From Chloroflexia bacterium SDU3-3 (GTDB lineage Bacteria > Chloroflexota > Chloroflexia > Chloroflexales > Roseiflexaceae): a stretch of DNA of 64,000 nucleotides. The notes under the pieces are model-generated. The model saw nothing but the letters and a program-made list of their open reading frames with translations. It did not search any database and was not told the DNA's origin. The stretch spans positions 148,494 through 212,493 of the forward strand of contig WBOU01000004.1 of assembly GCA_009268125.1 (NCBI GenBank), written 5' to 3'. Every line of letters begins with the position of its first letter. Position 1 is the stretch's first letter. Made by a program: the position numbers and the translations under genes. Shown here piece after piece: positions 37,680 through 47,998 of this stretch.

Positions 37680-37744
37680 AGGGTCGCTCTCCCTCTCTCA
37701 AAACGGGCGCTTGGGGCCAGGCCCAAGCGCCCGCGCTCGGATGG

Positions 37745-40219
37745 CTAGACCGCCAGCGGAATCTGGCGCACCTGCTCGGCGGTGGCGCAGGCCAGCGCGC
37801 GCTGGGCCACGGCCTGGGCCTGCGCCATGGAGATGCCGCGCAGCCGCGCCTTCACCGTGGGGATGCTGGGGATGCTCATGCTCAGCTCGGCCACGCCCAG
37901 CCCGGCCAGGATGACCGCGCCGCGCGGCTCGCCCGCGATGCCGCCGCACACGCCCACCGGCCTGCCCGCCGCGCTGGCGGCCCGCACCACCTGGGCGATC
38001 ATGCGCAGCACGGCGGGGTGGAGCGCATCCACCTGCTTGGCGAGGGTCGGGTGCAGGCGATCCATGGCCATGGCGTACTGGGTCAGGTCGTTGGTGCCCA
38101 CCGAGAAGAAGTCAGCCTCGCGGGCGAACTCCTCGGCCATCATCACCACCGAGGGCACCTCCACCATAATGCCGATCTCCACCGGCGGCGCGCCCACATC
38201 CAGCCGCACCTGCTCGGCTATGGCCTTGGCGGCGCGCAGCTCGTCGAGCGTGGCCACCATGGGGAACATGATCTTGACCGGCCCCTCCAGCGCGGCGCGG
38301 TAGATAGCGCGCAGCTGGGTGCGGAAGATGTCGGGGCGCTGGAGGCACAGCCGCAGGCCGCGCACGCCCAAGAAGGGGTTCTGCTCGGCGGGCAGGTCGA
38401 AGTAGGCCACGGCCTTGTCGCCGCCGATGTCGAGCGTGCGGATGATCAGCGGCAGCCCGTTCAGCGCCGCGACCATGGCCGCGTAGGCCTGGTACTGCTC
38501 GTCCTCGCTGGGCGGCGCGGCGCGCTCCAGGAACAGGAACTCGGTGCGCATCAGGCCGATGCCCTCGGCCCCCGCCTGCACCGCCACCTCGGCGTCGGAT
38601 GGGCGCTGGATATTGGCGGCCACCTCCACGCGCTCGCCATCCAGCGTGAGCGCGGGCTGGTAGCGGGTCGCGTGCTCGGCGTCGCGCAGGCGCGAAAGCT
38701 CGGCCTGGGCCTGCCGGGCCGACTCGACATCGGCGGGTGTGGGGTCGAGGTAGATCGCGCCCTGTCCACCATCCAGGATGGCCTGGGCGTCGGCGGGCAG
38801 ATCCAGCAGGGCCTTGCCCGCGCCCACCACCGCCGGGATGCCCAGCGAGCGGGCGATGATCGCGGTGTGCGCGGTGGGGCCGCCCAGCGCGGTGCACAGG
38901 CCCAGGATGAGCCGGGGATCGAGCCGCGCGGTGTCGGATGGCAGCAGATCCTCGGCCACCAGGATGACGGGCGACTCGGGCAGCTGCGGCCCGGCCTGGG
39001 CGGCGGGCACCAGCAGGCGCAGCACGCGCTGGCCCACGTCGCTCAGGTCGGCGGCGCGGGCCGCTAGGCGCTCGTCGGCCAGCTGCTGCATGGCGGCCAC
39101 ACGCTCCTCGATCGCGCGCTGCCACGACCACGCGGCGCTGTGGCCGTCGTCGATGAGCGAGCCGACCTGGCCCGCCAGCTCGGGGTCGGCCAGCAGCGCC
39201 TGGTGGGCCAAAAAGATCGCGGCGTCGCCATCGCCAGCGCGGGCGCGCACATCCTGGTGGAGCTGGCCGAGCTGGGCGTGCGCCGCCGCCAGCGCCTGGC
39301 GCAGCGCGTCGTGCTCCTGCTCGGGCGCGGCGGGGGCATCGCGCACCACCACGCGCTGGGCGCGGTAGTGGTACAGCGGCCCCACAGCCAGCCCAGGCGA
39401 CGCGGCCACGCCCTGCAGCGGGCGCAGCGCCGAGGCGGGCTGCCAGCGGAACTGCTCGGCGGCATCGGGCGCGGGCGCTGCGCTGCCGGGTGCCTCGCCC
39501 AGGCCGGACTCCACCGCAGCCTGAAGGGCGGCGACGGCATCGTGGGCATCGGGGCCAGTGGCCGAGATAGTGAAAAGGGCATCGTAGGGGATACCAAGGC
39601 GCAGGAGCGAGGCGAGCGACTTTCCATTTGCGGTGTGGGCACCGTAGGCCAGCTGGATATCGGCGGCGAAGCCGCTGGCCAGCTGAACAAACAGGGCGGC
39701 GGGCCGGGCGTGCAGGCCGTGGGCGCTGCCCATACGCACCTGCGCCGTCGCATCGCCCGCCCCCGCGCTGGCGGGCGATGCAGCGCCCGCGCGGCGGCGG
39801 CCCAGGTGCTGGATGACCACGGCGGGGTCATCGGTGCTGGCCAGCAGCGCGGCAACATCGGCGTCGGCGATCACATCCACCAGGTTGGCCAGCAGGCCCA
39901 GGTGCTCGTCGGATCGGGCCGCGATGCCCACCAGCAGCCGCACCTGCTCGCCATTCTTCCAGGCCACCCCGCCCGGCACCTGCAGCACCGCGATGCCGGT
40001 GCGGCGGATGAGGTCGCGGTGCTCGTTCAGGCCGTGGGGGATGGCGATGCCGTTGCCCAGGTAGGTGTTGGCCTGCTGCTCGCGGCCAAGCATGCTCTCG
40101 ATATAGGCTGGCTCGATAAAGCCAGCGTCGGCCAGCAGCTGGCCCACCTGCCGGATGGCATCCTCGCTGGATGCGGCGGTGGCGTGCAGGCGGATCGTGG
40201 CGCTCGTCAGTTCGAGCAT
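37745..40219 (-). CDS. fruB: PTS multiphosphoryl transfer protein (EIIA-Fru / HPr-like / Enzyme I fusion)
   Basis: 824 aa. N-terminal EIIA type 2 (IAIPHG), central HPr-like domain (MGSAHGLHARPAALFV), C-terminal Enzyme I (GGPTAHTAIIARSLGIPAVVG, PEP-utilising domains). Confidence 0.8.
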   Translation of the reverse strand: MLELTSATIRLHATAASSEDAIRQVGQLLADAGFIEPAYIESMLGREQQANTYLGNGIAIPHGLNEHRDLIRRTGIAVLQVPGGVAWKNGEQVRLLVGIAARSDEHLGLLANLVDVIADADVAALLASTDDPAVVIQHLGRRRAGAASPASAGAGDATAQVRMGSAHGLHARPAALFVQLASGFAADIQLAYGAHTANGKSLASLLRLGIPYDALFTISATGPDAHDAVAALQAAVESGLGEAPGSAAPAPDAAEQFRWQPASALRPLQGVAASPGLAVGPLYHYRAQRVVVRDAPAAPEQEHDALRQALAAAHAQLGQLHQDVRARAGDGDAAIFLAHQALLADPELAGQVGSLIDDGHSAAWSWQRAIEERVAAMQQLADERLAARAADLSDVGQRVLRLLVPAAQAGPQLPESPVILVAEDLLPSDTARLDPRLILGLCTALGGPTAHTAIIARSLGIPAVVGAGKALLDLPADAQAILDGGQGAIYLDPTPADVESARQAQAELSRLRDAEHATRYQPALTLDGERVEVAANIQRPSDAEVAVQAGAEGIGLMRTEFLFLERAAPPSEDEQYQAYAAMVAALNGLPLIIRTLDIGGDKAVAYFDLPAEQNPFLGVRGLRLCLQRPDIFRTQLRAIYRAALEGPVKIMFPMVATLDELRAAKAIAEQVRLDVGAPPVEIGIMVEVPSVVMMAEEFAREADFFSVGTNDLTQYAMAMDRLHPTLAKQVDALHPAVLRMIAQVVRAASAAGRPVGVCGGIAGEPRGAVILAGLGVAELSMSIPSIPTVKARLRGISMAQAQAVAQRALACATAEQVRQIPLAV

Positions 40220-40339
40220 AGGGGGACTCCTTCGTCTAGCGGGCGCGACGGGCGCTCCAAAGCCTAGGGCCGTGGAGCGCCGGGGCGCGCCAAACCGCAG
40301 AGAGTAGATAGGGGCCGGGCAGTGCGCTAGCGCCCCGCC

Positions 40340-42130
40340 CTACGCGGCTTGCCCCACCGCCTGGGTGCCAGCAGCCGTCACTGGCCGCTTCAGCACAAAC
40401 AGCATGGCCGTCGAGACCAGCGTGCCCGCCAGGATGGCGACGATATACATGCCCAGATTCGAGACCGCGTTGGGGATGAGCAGCACAAACACCCCGCCGT
40501 GCGGCACCTGCAGCGCGCAGCCCGAGACCATCGAGATCGCGCCAGCCACACCCGAGCCAAGCATCAGCGAGGGGATCACGCGGAACGGGTCTTTCGCGGC
40601 GAAGGGGATAGCGCCCTCGGTGATGAACGAGATGCCCAGCACTGCGGCGGCCTTGCCCGCCTCGCGCTCCTCCTCGCTGAAGCGATCCTTGAACAGGATG
40701 GATGCCAGCGCCAGCGCCAGCGGCGGGGTCATACCGGCCGCCATCACCGCCGCCATCGGGCTGTAGACCTGCGAGGCCAGCAGGCCAGTGGCGAAGGCGT
40801 AGGCGGCCTTGTTCACCGGCCCGCCCATGTCGAAGGCCATCATCGCGCCCAGGATGAGGCCCAGCACCAGCGCGCTGCTCGACTGCATGCCCTTGAGCCA
40901 CTCGGTGAGCGCGCCCAGGATAGCGCTCACCGGGCCGCCGACCACGTAGATCATCAGCAGGCCCACGATCGCCGCGCCCAGCAGCGGCAGGATGAGCACC
41001 GGCTTCAGGCCCGCCAGCACGCTGGGCAGCTTCAGCACCTTGTTCAGCCACTGCACGCTGTAGCCCGCGATAAAGCCCGCGATGATGCCGCCCAGAAAGC
41101 CCGAGCCGCCCGCCGCCGCCAGCATGCCACCGATCATGCCGGGGGCCAGGCCCGGCCTATCGGCGATCGAGTAGGCGATAAAGCCCGCCAGGATGGGCAC
41201 CATCAGCGCGAAGGCCGAGGGGCTGCCGATCTGGAACAGCGCCCAGCCGAGCGTGTTCTTATACTCATCGTTAAACACGTAGATGCCGCCGAAGGCGAAG
41301 GCCAGCGCGATCATCAGGCCGCCCGCCACCACGAAGGGCAGCATGTAGGAGACGCCGGTCATCAGGTGCTTGTAGGGGCCGGTGGAAGCGGCGCTACGCT
41401 CGGCCTTGGCGGCGGCCACCTGCTGCACCAGGTCGGGCGAGGCGGCGCGCGTGGTGGCCTGCTCGAAGGCGCTACGGATCACCTGCGCGCCATCGTGGAT
41501 GGCGGCCTTGGTCGAGGTCTCGTAGACGGGCTTGCCGCCGAAGCGGCTCAGGTCGATCTTGGTGTCGGCGGCGATCACCACCGCATCGGCGGCGGCGATG
41601 TCGGCGGCGGTCAGCGTGTTCTGCGCGCCCACCGAGCCTTGGGTCTCGACCTTGATCTCCAGCCCGAGGCTGCGCGCGCCCTTCTGCAGGCCCTCGGCGG
41701 CCATGAAGGTGTGGGCGATACCGGTGGGGCAAGACGTGATCGCGACCACGCGCTTGGGGGCGGGCGCGGAGGGGGCAGCCGCAGGCGCAGAGGGGGCGGG
41801 CGCAGGTGCGGCGTGGCCAGGCCCTGGCACCAGCGAGAGCGCGGCCAGCAGCACGGCCTTGGTCTTGGTGATGGCCTCGCTGGTGCGCGTGCCATACACC
41901 GGCTTGCCGACAAAGCGGCTGGTATCTATGGTGTCGTCGGTGGCGAGCACCACCACATCGGCGGCGGCGATCTGGCTGGGCGAGAGCGTGCCCGATGCGC
42001 CGTCGGCATCCTGCACCTCCACCGCCAGCTCGTGACCAAGCGCAGCCGCGGTACGTCGTAGGGCTTCGGCTGCCATGGCCGTGTGGGCCATGCCACTGCG
42101 GCTGGCAGCAATCGCAACAATGCGGCTCAT
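40340..42130 (-). CDS. fruA: PTS fructose-specific EIIB'BC component
   Basis: 596 aa. Two N-terminal IIB-like modules ([21 protein letters not shown]...; [21 protein letters not shown]) and a C-terminal multi-TM IIC domain. Confidence 0.8.
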   Translation of the reverse strand: MSRIVAIAASRSGMAHTAMAAEALRRTAAALGHELAVEVQDADGASGTLSPSQIAAADVVVLATDDTIDTSRFVGKPVYGTRTSEAITKTKAVLLAALSLVPGPGHAAPAPAPSAPAAAPSAPAPKRVVAITSCPTGIAHTFMAAEGLQKGARSLGLEIKVETQGSVGAQNTLTAADIAAADAVVIAADTKIDLSRFGGKPVYETSTKAAIHDGAQVIRSAFEQATTRAASPDLVQQVAAAKAERSAASTGPYKHLMTGVSYMLPFVVAGGLMIALAFAFGGIYVFNDEYKNTLGWALFQIGSPSAFALMVPILAGFIAYSIADRPGLAPGMIGGMLAAAGGSGFLGGIIAGFIAGYSVQWLNKVLKLPSVLAGLKPVLILPLLGAAIVGLLMIYVVGGPVSAILGALTEWLKGMQSSSALVLGLILGAMMAFDMGGPVNKAAYAFATGLLASQVYSPMAAVMAAGMTPPLALALASILFKDRFSEEEREAGKAAAVLGISFITEGAIPFAAKDPFRVIPSLMLGSGVAGAISMVSGCALQVPHGGVFVLLIPNAVSNLGMYIVAILAGTLVSTAMLFVLKRPVTAAGTQAVGQAA

Positions 42131-42398
42131 AACCCATCCTCCTTTGGAGATCTGCGATCAGGGTTTCTTTTACTTTCGTATACTATCACTTGTTTTTATT
42201 TTGTCAATAAAACCTTTCGCTGGCTTTCTGAGCTATGAAGACAGCGCTATGAATACAGCCTATCCTAATCACCTAAAGTCGTCTATTTTCTTCGAGCGAG
42301 GCAAACTGAGGCACAGACAAACAGTTCCCTCCACTTTCCTTGACTTTCGAAAAAGGAGATCGTACAATGTGCGGACAATGCAACCCGACAGAAAGCAA

Positions 42399-43211
42399 CC
42401 TATGGCGCAGGGAAGTGCAATCGAGGATGTCCTAGGGGACACGCCCACACCGTTGATGCTCGACCGCAGGGCGCGGATCGCCGATCTGGTGCGCCAGCGC
42501 GGCTCCATGCGCGTGCAGGAGCTGGCCGATCTGTTCCAGGTCTCCACCGTCACCATCCGCACCGACCTGGTGCAGCTGGAGAAAGATGGCCAGCTCATCC
42601 GCGACCGCGGCGGCGCGGTGGCCCACGTGCAGCGCAGCGCCCTGGTGGCCTTCGACCTGCGCACCAGCATCAACCCCGACGCCAAGCGCCAGATCGGCCA
42701 GGCCGCCGCCCAGCTGGTGTGCCCCGGCGACACGATCATGATGGACGCTGGCACCACCGTGGTGGAGATGGCCAAGCACCTGCAGCCCGCCGCGCCGCTG
42801 ACCGTGGTGACTAACGCGCTCAACGTGGCGCTGGAGCTGCGCGCCCTGCGCGATGTGCGCAGCCTGATCCTGGGCGGCACCGTCAACTACGAGACGTTTG
42901 GCACCCAGGGGCCGCTGGCCGAGCAGGATCTGGGCAATCTGGTGGTGCAGAAGCTCTTCCTCGCCGCCGAGACGGTGGATCTGGAGGCGGGCATCACCGA
43001 CTCGACGGTGGAGATCGCCCAGGTCAAGCGGGCCATGATCCGCGCATCCAAGCAGATCATCCTGCTGGCCGACTCGACAAAATGGGGGCGGGTGGGCTTT
43101 ATCAAGGTGCTGCCGCTGCACGCCATCCACACGGTCGTCACCGACAGCGGGCTGGACGCCGACATGCGCCGCACGCTAGAGCGCATGGGCGTGGCGGTGG
43201 TGATCGCCTAG
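42399..43211 (+). CDS. fruR: DeoR-family transcriptional regulator (FruR-like)
   Basis: N-terminal HTH (ARIADLVRQRGSMRVQELADLFQVSTVTIRTDLVQLEKDG) plus a DeoR sugar-binding domain. Divergent from fruA. Promoter-like TTGACT-17-TACAAT at 42334-42362. Confidence 0.75.
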   Translation, partial: PMAQGSAIEDVLGDTPTPLMLDRRARIADLVRQRGSMRVQELADLFQVSTVTIRTDLVQLEKDGQLIRDRGGAVAHVQRSALVAFDLRTSINPDAKRQIGQAAAQLVCPGDTIMMDAGTTVVEMAKHLQPAAPLTVVTNALNVALELRALRDVRSLILGGTVNYETFGTQGPLAEQDLGNLVVQKLFLAAETVDLEAGITDSTVEIAQVKRAMIRASKQIILLADSTKWGRVGFIKVLPLHAIHTVVTDSGLDADMRRTLERMGVAVVIA

Positions 43212-43291
43212 CGCCGCACGCATCACCCGATGGCATAGCAAAGCGCCAGGGCTCTATGCCCTGGCGCTTGTCGTTTGGCGAAAGAATGTGG

Positions 43292-45214
43292 CTAGCGCGG
43301 CTGCTGCGCGGCTGGCTCGCCATCCTCGGGCACCCACACCACCGCATCGGCCCACACGCTGGAGCCGCCAAGCTCGGCCTGGTTGTCCAGCAGCACGCTG
43401 GCCTGCTGGCCCACCGTGTAGCTATAGGTGCCCAGGTAGGCCCACTCGTTGGCATCCACCGACTGGCTGACCGTCACCACCCGCTCGCCGTCGTCACTGG
43501 TCACGCGGTAGCGCACCTCGCGCGCGTCGTTCAGGCCGCTCAGCGCATAGGGGATGTAGGCCATCACCTGATAGCGACCGCTGCGCGGGATCACGGTGGT
43601 CCAGCGCGCCGTGGCCGGGGTTGGGATGGGCGTGGGCGTCACGGGCGTGGGCGAGACCGACGGCGTGGGCGTGGCGGTGCGCGGCGGCTCGGTGGGCAGC
43701 ACCGTGCCGGGCGCGAGCGTGGGCGTGGGCGTGGGCGGGCGCTGGATGGAGGCGATCGCCAGCGCGTCGCCGCCGTAGCCGGGAACCACAGTCTTCCAGC
43801 CCTCGCCGGTGCGCGTGAAGCCCTGCGCGTCGGTGTCCACCAGCAGCACGTGGCTGGGCGGCGCGGCGCAGGGCGAGAGCTTATCGGCCCACAGCCAGGC
43901 GCTGGCGCTGCCCGAGGGGTTGCTGGCCCACGGGTCGGTGCCCTTGCCGCACCAGCCGTAGGGGTCGATGTCGCGGCCCAGGTACTGCACGCCAAAGTGC
44001 AGGTGCGGCCCCTTGGCGCAGCCGCTCTCGCCCACCACGCCCAGGGTCTCGCCCGCCTTCACCTGCTCGCCGATCTCGGCGTAGACCAGCGCCAGGTGCC
44101 AGTACATGGTGCGGTAGCCGTTGCCGTGGTCGATGATCACCGCCCGCGTGGCGCAGTTGTCGTCGGCGTTGCCCGCAAACGTCACCTCGCCATCGGCGGC
44201 GGCCAGCACCAGGTCGGGCGGCGCGGCGGCGTAGTCCCAGCCGTCGTGGCCGTCGTAGGCGAAGGCCGGGTCGGTCTCGTCGTTGCCCCAGTAGGTAGTG
44301 ATCGGCGCGCCGGGCACGCGGGTGAGGAAGGGCGCGTCGTGGTCGAAGAACGAGCTGATCGGCTCCGGCCCCTCCAGCGGCCAGCGCAGGAAGGGCATCG
44401 CGGGCGCGGGCATGCCCGCCAGCGGCAGGCAGGGGTCGCCGAACATGCGCGTGTAGGTCTCGCGGTAGCGCTGCATCAGCCCCGGCAGGCCCTCCTGAGT
44501 GGTGGTGGGCGCAAGCACGGCGGCGATCACATACGCGCCGTAGCTCAGGCCCGCGTCGGGCGGGGCGGTGGATTTGTCGATGAAGGTGAAGGGCGCGCCG
44601 CTGGGGAAATCGCGCTTGGCGTAGAGGATGCGGCGCACCGCCCAGCGCACCTGCGACTGCACCCCACGGTAGCGGCCCTCATCGCCCTGGTAGCCCGCCG
44701 CCCAGCCCAGCGCGTCGGGGCTGGGGTCGGGGTTCGACACCAGGCCGCCCTGCAGCTCCAGCAGGGCCAGGATCACCTTGGGGTTGACGCTGTAGTAGCT
44801 GGTCTGGCTGTAGAGCGACTCGGCGAAGCTGTGCCGCCGATCGCCGACCGAGAAGGCCATCGTCTTTAGCCTGCCCGGCTGCGTATCGAGCCAGGCCTGG
44901 ATCTGCGGCACATTGAAGCCCGGCTCGTAGGTGAGCCGCTGGCCGTCGAAGTAGGGCGCGGGCACGGGCGTCGGCGCCTCGGTGGGGATGGCGGGCGTGC
45001 GCGTGGGCGTGGGGCTGGGGGCCAGCGCCAGCGCCGAGGCGGTGGGCGTGGCCTGCGCGACCTCGGTGCCGTGGCGCTGCCAGATGATGAAGCCTATCAC
45101 CCCGCTCAAGATCGCAGCAAGACCAAAGATGCTGGCAATGATCAGCCACCAGCCGCTAGCCTGCCGTGGGCGTGTGTGTCGTGTTCTTTGCATAGCGGGC
45201 GGAGTGTACCACAA
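43292..45214 (-). CDS. M23-family metallopeptidase with N-terminal TM anchor and Pro/Thr-rich linker
   Basis: 640 aa. M23 motifs HDGWDY...HLHFGVQY, TM at the N-terminus, PT-rich linkers. Confidence 0.75.
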   Translation of the reverse strand: MWYTPPAMQRTRHTRPRQASGWWLIIASIFGLAAILSGVIGFIIWQRHGTEVAQATPTASALALAPSPTPTRTPAIPTEAPTPVPAPYFDGQRLTYEPGFNVPQIQAWLDTQPGRLKTMAFSVGDRRHSFAESLYSQTSYYSVNPKVILALLELQGGLVSNPDPSPDALGWAAGYQGDEGRYRGVQSQVRWAVRRILYAKRDFPSGAPFTFIDKSTAPPDAGLSYGAYVIAAVLAPTTTQEGLPGLMQRYRETYTRMFGDPCLPLAGMPAPAMPFLRWPLEGPEPISSFFDHDAPFLTRVPGAPITTYWGNDETDPAFAYDGHDGWDYAAAPPDLVLAAADGEVTFAGNADDNCATRAVIIDHGNGYRTMYWHLALVYAEIGEQVKAGETLGVVGESGCAKGPHLHFGVQYLGRDIDPYGWCGKGTDPWASNPSGSASAWLWADKLSPCAAPPSHVLLVDTDAQGFTRTGEGWKTVVPGYGGDALAIASIQRPPTPTPTLAPGTVLPTEPPRTATPTPSVSPTPVTPTPIPTPATARWTTVIPRSGRYQVMAYIPYALSGLNDAREVRYRVTSDDGERVVTVSQSVDANEWAYLGTYSYTVGQQASVLLDNQAELGGSSVWADAVVWVPEDGEPAAQQPR

Positions 45215-45302
45215 CTTCTGCCCGCTGTGGGCGGGCGGCGCGTCACGCCCGGGCCGATGCGCTGTGTATGATGCCCTGTTGCATCTTGGACAAATCGGTT
45301 TT

Positions 45303-45406
45303 TTCTTCGTGCCTTCGAGTCTTCGTGGTAAATAGGGTCGTATATTCCTTGGTGTCTTGGAGCCTTGGTGGTAAAACGTTCTGCCGAACGAGAACGCATA
45401 GACCCT
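45303..45406. repeat. dispersed repeat copy A
   Basis: ...cttcgtggtaaatagg...ccttggtgtcttggagccttggtggtaaaacgttctgccgaacgagaacgcatagaccctg. Has the 3' module but lacks the 5' TIR. Confidence 0.6.
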
Positions 45407-45407
45407 G

Positions 45408-46466
45408 TCACGCCGACTCGCGCACCACCACCGACGGCAGCAGGTAGCGCACCGAGGTGTCGATCTCGTGGCCCTCGATCAGGCGCAGGAAGGCGGTGGC
45501 GGCCACATCGATGGCGTGCTCGACCCCCAGCCGCACCGAGGTGAGGCGCGGGCGCAGCAGGTCGCAGTACGAGAGGTCATCCACCCCGATCACCGCCACG
45601 TCGCCGGGGATGGCCATGCCCGCATCCTGGATGGCGCGCATCAGCAGCATGGCGAAGTCGTCGTTGTAGGTGAGCACGGCGTCGGGGCGTGGGCCTGCCC
45701 GCCATGTGGCCACCACACGCGTGGCCTGCTGGGCGTCGTAGGCCATATCGATCCGCTGCACCGCCAGCCCGTGCTGCTCGGCCACCTTGGCCATGCCGGT
45801 GTAGCGCTCGATGCCCAGACCATGGATGCCCGCCTCGCGCGGGACCACCGCCGCCAGCCGCCGGTGGCCGCGCCCGATCAGGTGCTCGGCGGCGCACGCG
45901 CCCACATCCTTATGGTTCACCACCAGCGTGGGGGCCAGGCGCGAGGGCTTCTCGCTGCTCAGCAGGATGGCCTTGGTGCCCGCGATCCGCAGGATCTCGA
46001 TCGCGCGGCGGTTGAGGCGCTGGGCCTCGACATACAGTCCCACAGGCCGCAGCGAGGCCCAGGTGCGCGCCGCCTCGACGCCCTGCGCCAGCGGGTCGAG
46101 GTGCGAGATCACGGTGTAGCCCTTCTCGCCGATGCGCGCGGCCAGCCCCTCTTGAAACTGCACCGGCATGGGGCTGCTGGGCAGCTCGTAGCGCGGCAGC
46201 AGCACGATCTGGCTGCTGCCAGCCCGCAGCGAGCGGGCCATGGCATGCGGGGTGTAGCCCAGCGCGTCGGCGGCGGCCCGGACCTTGGCCCGCGTCTCCT
46301 CGCTGATCCGGCTATCGGCCACGCCGTTTAGCACATACGAGACGGTGGCGCGCGAGACCCCGGCGCTGCGGGCCACGTCGGCGCTGGTGGGCGGGCGGCG
46401 CGGCCCAGGCTCGGCGGCGTCCGGCGGGTTGTTGGTGTTGCTCACGCTCTTGCTTTCTTTGCTCAT
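45408..46466 (-). CDS. LacI-family transcriptional regulator
   Basis: HTH SADVARSAGVSRATVSYVLNG plus a PBP-like domain. Divergent from the MFS transporter gene. Confidence 0.75.
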   Translation of the reverse strand: MSKESKSVSNTNNPPDAAEPGPRRPPTSADVARSAGVSRATVSYVLNGVADSRISEETRAKVRAAADALGYTPHAMARSLRAGSSQIVLLPRYELPSSPMPVQFQEGLAARIGEKGYTVISHLDPLAQGVEAARTWASLRPVGLYVEAQRLNRRAIEILRIAGTKAILLSSEKPSRLAPTLVVNHKDVGACAAEHLIGRGHRRLAAVVPREAGIHGLGIERYTGMAKVAEQHGLAVQRIDMAYDAQQATRVVATWRAGPRPDAVLTYNDDFAMLLMRAIQDAGMAIPGDVAVIGVDDLSYCDLLRPRLTSVRLGVEHAIDVAATAFLRLIEGHEIDTSVRYLLPSVVVRESA

Positions 46467-46498
46467 TCAGCGCTCATTATATGCCAAGTTCTCTCGGC

Positions 46499-46527
46499 TT
46501 GACAGCGCTTTCGAATCTGCGTATACT
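46499..46527 (+). promoter_or_regulatory. sigma70-like promoter upstream of the MFS transporter gene
   Basis: TTGACA, 17-bp spacer, TATACT. Confidence 0.4.
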
Positions 46528-46660
46528 GCTTACACGTGTCACCACACGATTTCCAAACGCCTGCGAGGAACGCACCGCCATACGGCCGGTGGCCTTGCGC
46601 TGCCGCAGGCAAGAGCACCGTCGCTACACAACCATACCCAATGAATTGGAGCGTTCAACG

Positions 46661-47935
46661 ATGAGCACGAATATTCAGCACGCGGGCACTCTCCCTGTCG
46701 AGAAAAAAGCCCCGAGCTTTGGCCGTCTGCTGTTCTCCCTGCTGTTCGCAAACGTCGCGATGTACGTGGTCTACATCAGCGTGCTGCAGATCTTCCTCCC
46801 GCAGCAGGTGGAGCTGCTCGACCCCGCAAATAAAGTTACCAACTTCGGCATTGTCTCCGGCATCAGCGCGATCGTGGCCACGGTGGCCAACCCGCTGGCC
46901 GGGGCGCTTTCGGACAAAACCCGCAGCCGCTTCGGGCGGCGCACGCCCTGGATCTTGGGCGGCGGCCTGGGCGCGCTGCTGGCGCTGATGCTGCTGGGCA
47001 ATATGCAGACGCTGTTCTGGATCACCGTGGCGTGGTGCCTCGTGCAGGCCACCATGAACTGCTTCCAGTCGGCGATCACCGCGATCATCCCCGAGCGCGT
47101 GGCCGCCGAGAAGCGCGGCACCGCATCGGCGGTGGTGGGCATCGGCGTGCCGATCGGCTCGATCGCAGGAGTGGCGCTGGCCTCCATGTTCGCCCAGTCG
47201 CTGCTCACCGGCTACACCGTCATCGGCCTGATCATCGCGGTGGTGTCCTTCCTGTTCGTGGCGCTGAACCACGAGCCGCCGCTGCCCGCCGAGGAGGCCC
47301 AGCCCGCCCAGAAGCCCAGCTTCTCGCCAGGGCGCATGCTGGCCGACTTCTTCTCCAGCCTGTCGCACCGCGATTTCGCCTGGGCCTTCGCCAGCCGCGC
47401 CCTGATCATGCTGGGCTACTTTCTGGTCAGCGGCTACCAGCTCTACCTGCTGAAGGACTATATCCGGCTGGATGCGGGCCAGGACCCCGCCGCGCTAGTG
47501 GTCACGCTCACCACCATCTCGACCGTCGCGATGGTGGTCGCCACGCTGCTGGGCGGGCTGCTGTCCGACAAGCTGGGCCGCCGCAAGATCTTCGTGGGCG
47601 TGGCCGCGCTGCTGATGGCCGGGGCGCTGCTGATCCCGTTCTTCTCGCCCACCTTCGCGGCCATGATGCTCTTTAGCGCGATCAACGGCTTCGCGTTCGG
47701 CTGCTACAACGCGGTGGACACCGCCCTGATCACGCTGGTGCTGCCCGACCAGGAGAACAACGCCCGCGATCTGGGCATCCTGAACCTGGCCAACGCCGGG
47801 CCGCAGATCATCGCCCCGTTCATCGCGGCGGTCGTCATCTCCAGCCTGGGCGGCTACTCGGCGCTGTTTGTGAGCGGGGCCGCGCTGGCCCTCGGCTCGG
47901 CGGCGGCGATCATTCCGGTGCGCAGCGTGCGCTAG
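46661..47935 (+). CDS. MFS transporter
   Basis: About 12 TM helices with MFS-like loop motifs (GALSDKTRSRFGRRTPW). ATG 46661 lies inside the longer track ORF. Confidence 0.75.
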   Translation: MSTNIQHAGTLPVEKKAPSFGRLLFSLLFANVAMYVVYISVLQIFLPQQVELLDPANKVTNFGIVSGISAIVATVANPLAGALSDKTRSRFGRRTPWILGGGLGALLALMLLGNMQTLFWITVAWCLVQATMNCFQSAITAIIPERVAAEKRGTASAVVGIGVPIGSIAGVALASMFAQSLLTGYTVIGLIIAVVSFLFVALNHEPPLPAEEAQPAQKPSFSPGRMLADFFSSLSHRDFAWAFASRALIMLGYFLVSGYQLYLLKDYIRLDAGQDPAALVVTLTTISTVAMVVATLLGGLLSDKLGRRKIFVGVAALLMAGALLIPFFSPTFAAMMLFSAINGFAFGCYNAVDTALITLVLPDQENNARDLGILNLANAGPQIIAPFIAAVVISSLGGYSALFVSGAALALGSAAAIIPVRSVR

Positions 47936-47998
47936 CGCACAGCGCGGCGATTTCTGATACACTCGCAGTATTCGGTCAACGACGACGGAGAAAACATC

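Noticed and set aside
45142-45411. Small ORFs sharing the FTTKAPRHQ peptide (45142..45411, 51515..52141, 28127..28321 and others)
   Set aside because: They are translations of the CTTGGTGGTAAAA repeat family in various frames, not a protein family.
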